A stretch of 64,000 bases of DNA, from NCBI GenBank assembly GCA_020026075.1, contig JAHHQZ010000002.1, positions 12,567 through 76,566 of the forward strand, in the 5' to 3' direction. This stretch comes from Actinobacillus sp. GTDB taxonomy: Bacteria > Pseudomonadota > Gammaproteobacteria > Enterobacterales > Pasteurellaceae. The notes beneath the pieces are model-generated. The model was not told where the DNA came from and did not search any database. It saw only the letters and a list, made by a program, of their open reading frames with translations. The translations under genes and the position numbers were made by a program. Positions 60,280 through 64,000 of this stretch are shown piece after piece (positions within the stretch are counted from its first letter, which is position 1; every line of letters starts with the position of its first letter).

Positions 60280-62217
60280 ATGCGTTTATTTGTTGCCGAA
60301 AAACCCAGCCTTGCCAAAGCCATTGCGAACGCCCTACCCAAACCGCAAAAGCGTGGGGACGGCTACATTGAATGTGGCGACAATAATGTGGTCACTTGGT
60401 GTGTGGGGCATTTGTTAAGCCAAGCCGAACCAGACGCTTACGACCCACGCTACCAACGCTGGAATTTGCACGATTTACCCATTATCCCCAACCAATGGCA
60501 ATTCATTCCACGCAAAGGCGTTGAAAAACAACTAAAAACAGTGGTGAAACTTATTCACCAAGCCCAAATTATCGTTCACGCAGGCGACCCTGACCGCGAA
60601 GGGCAACTACTGGTGGACGAAGTTTTTCACTACGCCGGAATTTCCAAAGAAAAAATGCAACAAATTGAACGTTGTTTAATCAACGATCTAACCCCAGCCG
60701 CCGTTAGCAAAGCCCTAAACCAACTGCGCCCCAACCGTGATTTCCAAGCCCTTTCTATCTCCGCCCTTGCTCGTGCCAGAGCGGATTGGCTTTACGGCAT
60801 AAATTTAACTCGTGCCTATACGCTGTTTGGGCGCAGTGCGGGCTATCAAGGCGTATTATCCGTTGGACGAGTACAAACGCCCGTGCTGGGTTTAGTGGTG
60901 CGCCGAGATGAAGAAATTGAGCATTTCGTGCCGAAAGATTATTTTGAAGTGCAAGCTTTTATTAAAACCACCGACCCTAGCTCACCTTTTTTTAACGCAC
61001 CGCCTTTCACCGCCCTTTGGCAGCCCAGCAAGCATTGCGAAAATTATCAAGACGAAGAAGGGCGAGTGCTTTCACGCTCGCTGGCGGAGCTTGTGGTTAA
61101 ACGTATCACCGAACAACCCGCCACCGTTACCCAATACGAAGACAAAAAAGAAACGGAAACGGCACCGCTCCCTTATTCGTTGTCCAGCTTACAAATTGAC
61201 GCAGCTCGCCAATTACAGCTTTCCGCCCAAGCAGTGCTGGATTGCTGTCAAAATTTATATGAAAAACATCAACTTATCACATACCCTCGTTCTGATTGCC
61301 GTTATTTACCAGAAGAACAATTTCAAGATCGCCATAAAATTTTACAGGCTATTCAAACTCATTTACCCCAATATCAGCCCTTGCCTGAAATCATTGATGA
61401 AAGCCGTAAAAACCGTGCGTGGAACAGTAAAAAAGTCGAGGCACACCACGCCATCATTCCTACCGCTAAAACGGCGAACTGCAACCTAAACCACAACGAA
61501 CAGCAAGTGTACCAACTCATCGCTCGCCAGTATTTAATGCAATTCTGCCCTGATGCAGACTATCGCAAACGCAAAATCACCTTAAACATCGCAGGCGGCA
61601 CGTTCATCGCCCAAAATCGCCAATTACAAGACGCGGGCTGGAAAAGCCTACTCGGCAAAGAAGCGCAACTCGACCAAGAAACCAACGCCCCAAAAATCTA
61701 CGCCGTAAAAAAAGGCGATATTTTGTTTTGCGAGAAAGGTGAACTTTTATGCAAAAAAACACAGCCTCCACGCCCATTTAGTGATGCTACACTACTCTCC
61801 GCAATGACGGGCATTGCACGTTTCGTTCAAGACAGCAACTTAAAAAAAATCCTCCGCGCAACCGATGGCTTAGGCACAGAGGCCACACGTGCAGGTATTA
61901 TAGAATTACTGTTTAAACGTAATTTTCTCACCAAAAAAGGGCGGCATATCCAAAGTACTCCCGCAGGTCGTGCCTTAATTCACGCCTTACCAGCCCTCTC
62001 TACTCAGCCTGATCTCACTGCCGAATGGGAACAAACGTTGGATAAAATGAGCAAAAAAGAAGCCAATTATCAATCCTTTATGCAACAACTGATTCAGCTT
62101 TTGCCTTCACTGTTGCAACATCCACAGCCCCAAGCATTGCAACATTTCGCCCAAGTGGCACGACAAATGCCACAAACTGCCAAAACTTATAACAAGGGGA
62201 AAAAACGCAAACCTTAA
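60280..62217 (+). CDS. topB: DNA topoisomerase III
   Basis: [16 protein letters not shown].. (Toprim), ..DPDREGQ.., ..[12 protein letters not shown].. (active-site Tyr). The start is at 60280 with a GGAG SD; the tracked 5' extension crosses a repeat element. Confidence 0.9.
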   Translation: MRLFVAEKPSLAKAIANALPKPQKRGDGYIECGDNNVVTWCVGHLLSQAEPDAYDPRYQRWNLHDLPIIPNQWQFIPRKGVEKQLKTVVKLIHQAQIIVHAGDPDREGQLLVDEVFHYAGISKEKMQQIERCLINDLTPAAVSKALNQLRPNRDFQALSISALARARADWLYGINLTRAYTLFGRSAGYQGVLSVGRVQTPVLGLVVRRDEEIEHFVPKDYFEVQAFIKTTDPSSPFFNAPPFTALWQPSKHCENYQDEEGRVLSRSLAELVVKRITEQPATVTQYEDKKETETAPLPYSLSSLQIDAARQLQLSAQAVLDCCQNLYEKHQLITYPRSDCRYLPEEQFQDRHKILQAIQTHLPQYQPLPEIIDESRKNRAWNSKKVEAHHAIIPTAKTANCNLNHNEQQVYQLIARQYLMQFCPDADYRKRKITLNIAGGTFIAQNRQLQDAGWKSLLGKEAQLDQETNAPKIYAVKKGDILFCEKGELLCKKTQPPRPFSDATLLSAMTGIARFVQDSNLKKILRATDGLGTEATRAGIIELLFKRNFLTKKGRHIQSTPAGRALIHALPALSTQPDLTAEWEQTLDKMSKKEANYQSFMQQLIQLLPSLLQHPQPQALQHFAQVARQMPQTAKTYNKGKKRKP

Positions 62218-62263
62218 AATTCGCTTAAAAAAACTTCAAACGAAAAAATATGATAAAAAACGC

Positions 62264-62292
62264 TTGCACGCATTTTTAAAAATCAGTAATAT
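62264..62292 (+). promoter_or_regulatory. Candidate sigma70 promoter of secG-tRNA-Leu
   Basis: TTGCAC (62264-62269), a 17-nt spacer, then TAATAT (62287-62292). Confidence 0.5.
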
Positions 62293-62357
62293 CCGCACCG
62301 TTCTTTTCGCTAGCCGAAAAGATTATTTTTTGTAAGTTTAAAATTTAGAGAAATAAA

Positions 62358-62690
62358 ATGTACGAATTCCTACTTATTGCCTACTTAGTTGTTTCTGTTG
62401 CCTTAATTGGCTTCGTTCTTGTTCAACAAGGAAAAGGTGCAAGTATGGGAGCGTCATTTGGTAGCGGTGCGTCAGGCACATTATTTGGCTCACGTGGTGC
62501 TGGTAACTTCTTATCACACACTACTGCTGTTTTAGCGACCGTGTTTTTCTTAATTAGTATTGTTCTAGGCAACTTAAATTCTCACCACGGTGAAAAACAA
62601 GAAAGTTCGTTTGAAAACTTGTCAAAAGTTGCGACACAAGTAGAACAATCACTTCCTGCTAAAAAAGCAAATACAGATATTCCGCAATAA
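62358..62690 (+). CDS. secG: Preprotein translocase subunit SecG
   Basis: 110 aa; ..VLVQQGKGASMGASFGSGASGTLFGSRGAGNFL.. is the SecG signature. Confidence 0.95.
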   Translation: MYEFLLIAYLVVSVALIGFVLVQQGKGASMGASFGSGASGTLFGSRGAGNFLSHTTAVLATVFFLISIVLGNLNSHHGEKQESSFENLSKVATQVEQSLPAKKANTDIPQ

Positions 62691-62709
62691 CGGAATATCT
62701 CATCAGTAC

Positions 62710-62795
62710 GCTCTGGTGGTGGAATTGGTAGACACGCTATCTTGAGGGGGTAGTGTCCAAAGGACGTGCGAGTTCAAGTCTCGCCCAGAGCACCA
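62710..62795 (+). tRNA. leuU: tRNA-Leu (anticodon GAG)
   Basis: 86 nt. Acceptor stem GCTCTGG/CCAGAGC with a discriminator A and encoded CCA; D-arm GGTGGAATTGGTAGACAC; anticodon loop TTGAGGG; a long variable arm; T-arm GAGTTCAAGTCTC. The position after secG matches E. coli leuU. Confidence 0.9.
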
Positions 62796-62854
62796 AACAA
62801 ATTACCTAGAAAATATCATTATAAAAACTAAAAATTTGTTTATAGAATAATAAA

Positions 62855-62890
62855 AGCAAAATGGATTTTAAATACCATTTTGCTTTTTTG
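62855..62890 (+). terminator. secG-leuU terminator
   Basis: AGCAAAATGG-loop-CCATTTTGCT followed by TTTTTTG. Confidence 0.7.
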
Positions 62891-62912
62891 TTCATGGATA
62901 ATTTTTAAGAAT

Positions 62913-62940
62913 ATTCCAGCCTAACTATTTAGGCTGGAAT
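62913..62940. repeat. Arm-to-arm junction of the palindromic element (right arm then left arm) forming a tight hairpin plus a T7 run
   Basis: ATTCCAGCCTAA-CTAT-TTAGGCTGGAAT followed by TTTTTTT. Confidence 0.75.
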
Positions 62941-63045
62941 TTTTTTGAAAATTTTACTTGATTTTTAGAAAACTAGGCTTATTTAGGTAGTCTCCATTGT
63001 TTTTTATCCAAAAAAACACGAGTTTATAACCTAAAAGGGGTAATT

Positions 63046-64000
63046 ATGAATATTGAAAAATTTACCAGTAAATTCCAACAAGCCCTTAATGAAGCGCAAT
63101 CCCTTGCACTCAGGCAAGACAATCAATTTATTGAACCTGTGCATTTAATGATGGCATTATTGCAACAACAAGATGGCTCCATCGCACCGATTCTCACCGC
63201 CAGTGGCGTGAACCTTGCCACATTCCGCAGCCAATTAACGGCGGCAATGAACAAATTACCAAAAGTTTCAGGCACAGGCGGCGATGTACAAGTTTCTCGT
63301 AACTTACTGAATTTATTAAACCTTTGCGACAAAATCGCACAAAAAAATAACGACAAATATATTTCATCAGAAATTTTCTTGCTCGCCGTAATGGAAAGCA
63401 AAGATGATTTAAGCAAAATTTTAATTGAAAGTGGCGCGACCAAAGAACAATTAAACCGTGCCATTCAAAGCATTCGCGGAGGCGACAGCGTGAACGATCA
63501 AAATGCGGAAGACAACCGCCAAGCATTGAAAAAATATACCATCGACTTAACCGAACGTGCAGCAAACGGCAAACTTGATCCGGTTATCGGTCGTGATGAA
63601 GAAATTCGTCGCACTATTCAAGTTTTACAACGCCGTACCAAAAATAACCCTGTATTAATCGGCGAACCAGGTGTGGGTAAAACCGCCATCGTAGAAGGTC
63701 TTGCCTTGCGTATCATCAACGGTGAAGTGCCAGAAGGGTTAAAAGACAAGCGTGTACTTTCCCTTGATATGGGCGCGTTAATCGCTGGGGCAAAATTCCG
63801 TGGCGAATTTGAAGAACGTTTAAAAGCCGTTTTAAAAGAAATTGGTCAAGAAAACGGCCGCATTATTTTGTTCATTGATGAAATTCACACAATGGTGGGT
63901 GCGGGTAAATCAGACGGTGCAATGGATGCTGGCAACTTGTTAAAACCGTCCCTTGCACGTGGTGAATTACACTGCGTGGGTGCAACCACTCTTGATGAAT
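63046..64000 (+). CDS. clpB: Chaperone/disaggregase ClpB, N-terminal part; continues past the window end
   Basis: Translation from the ATG at 63046 gives [22 protein letters not shown]...[44 protein letters not shown].. (Walker A of NBD1), open to the window end. This ORF is absent from the supplied track because it has no stop codon in the window. Confidence 0.9.
   Translation, partial: MNIEKFTSKFQQALNEAQSLALRQDNQFIEPVHLMMALLQQQDGSIAPILTASGVNLATFRSQLTAAMNKLPKVSGTGGDVQVSRNLLNLLNLCDKIAQKNNDKYISSEIFLLAVMESKDDLSKILIESGATKEQLNRAIQSIRGGDSVNDQNAEDNRQALKKYTIDLTERAANGKLDPVIGRDEEIRRTIQVLQRRTKNNPVLIGEPGVGKTAIVEGLALRIINGEVPEGLKDKRVLSLDMGALIAGAKFRGEFEERLKAVLKEIGQENGRIILFIDEIHTMVGAGKSDGAMDAGNLLKPSLARGELHCVGATTLDE

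Noticed and set aside
62941-63045. Looked for a sigma32 heat-shock promoter (CTTGAAA-N13-17-CCCCATNT) upstream of clpB
   Set aside because: CTTGATTT and CTCCATTG strings are present, but they are about 30 nt apart, so the spacing is incompatible. No convincing promoter call could be made.

Overview
This looks like a chromosomal segment of a Pasteurellaceae-like gammaproteobacterium. The call rests on gene content and order: cmoA, citCDEFXG/citT, nudB, aspS, lipA-lipB-ybeD-dacA-rodA-mrdA-rlmH-rsfS, rarD, torCAD, potD, menA, trmO, rne/rluC, ygfZ, yicC, rph, djlA, dusC, manA, yobD-manZYX, recR-ybaB, topB, secG-tRNA-Leu(GAG) and clpB. Three visibly AT-rich accessory insertions interrupt this housekeeping backbone. 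(1) About 1.05-2.07 kb holds decayed gene remnants, including a GmrSD/DUF1524-like pseudogene. (2) About 9.4-21.9 kb is a 12.5 kb type III-A-like (Csm) CRISPR-Cas island inserted between aspS and nudB. It runs cas10 (no HD motif, GGDD intact)-csm2-csm3-csm4-csm5 (long C-terminal extension)-cas6-csx16-can2/card1-CARF+wHTH, then a 586 bp AT-rich spacer with candidate micro-ORFs, a promoter and a perfect palindrome, then cas2-cas1-cas2 and a 7-repeat array. (3) About 45.85-49.76 kb is a type IIS restriction-modification island between rluC and ygfZ, with a fused double D12 adenine methylase and an AlwI/N.BstNBI-family endonuclease. A dense family of 35-46 nt palindromic elements (arms CTAGGCTGGAAT / ATTCCGRCCTAG) sits at many gene ends. 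Some copies act as terminator-like hairpins, two are translated into C-terminal tails (mrdA, citC), and truncated copies lie at island edges. The most interesting candidate for new biology is the cOA-signalling accessory and regulatory part of the type III locus (11.66-14.92 kb). All calls come from reading the sequence and translated ORFs; no database search was run.
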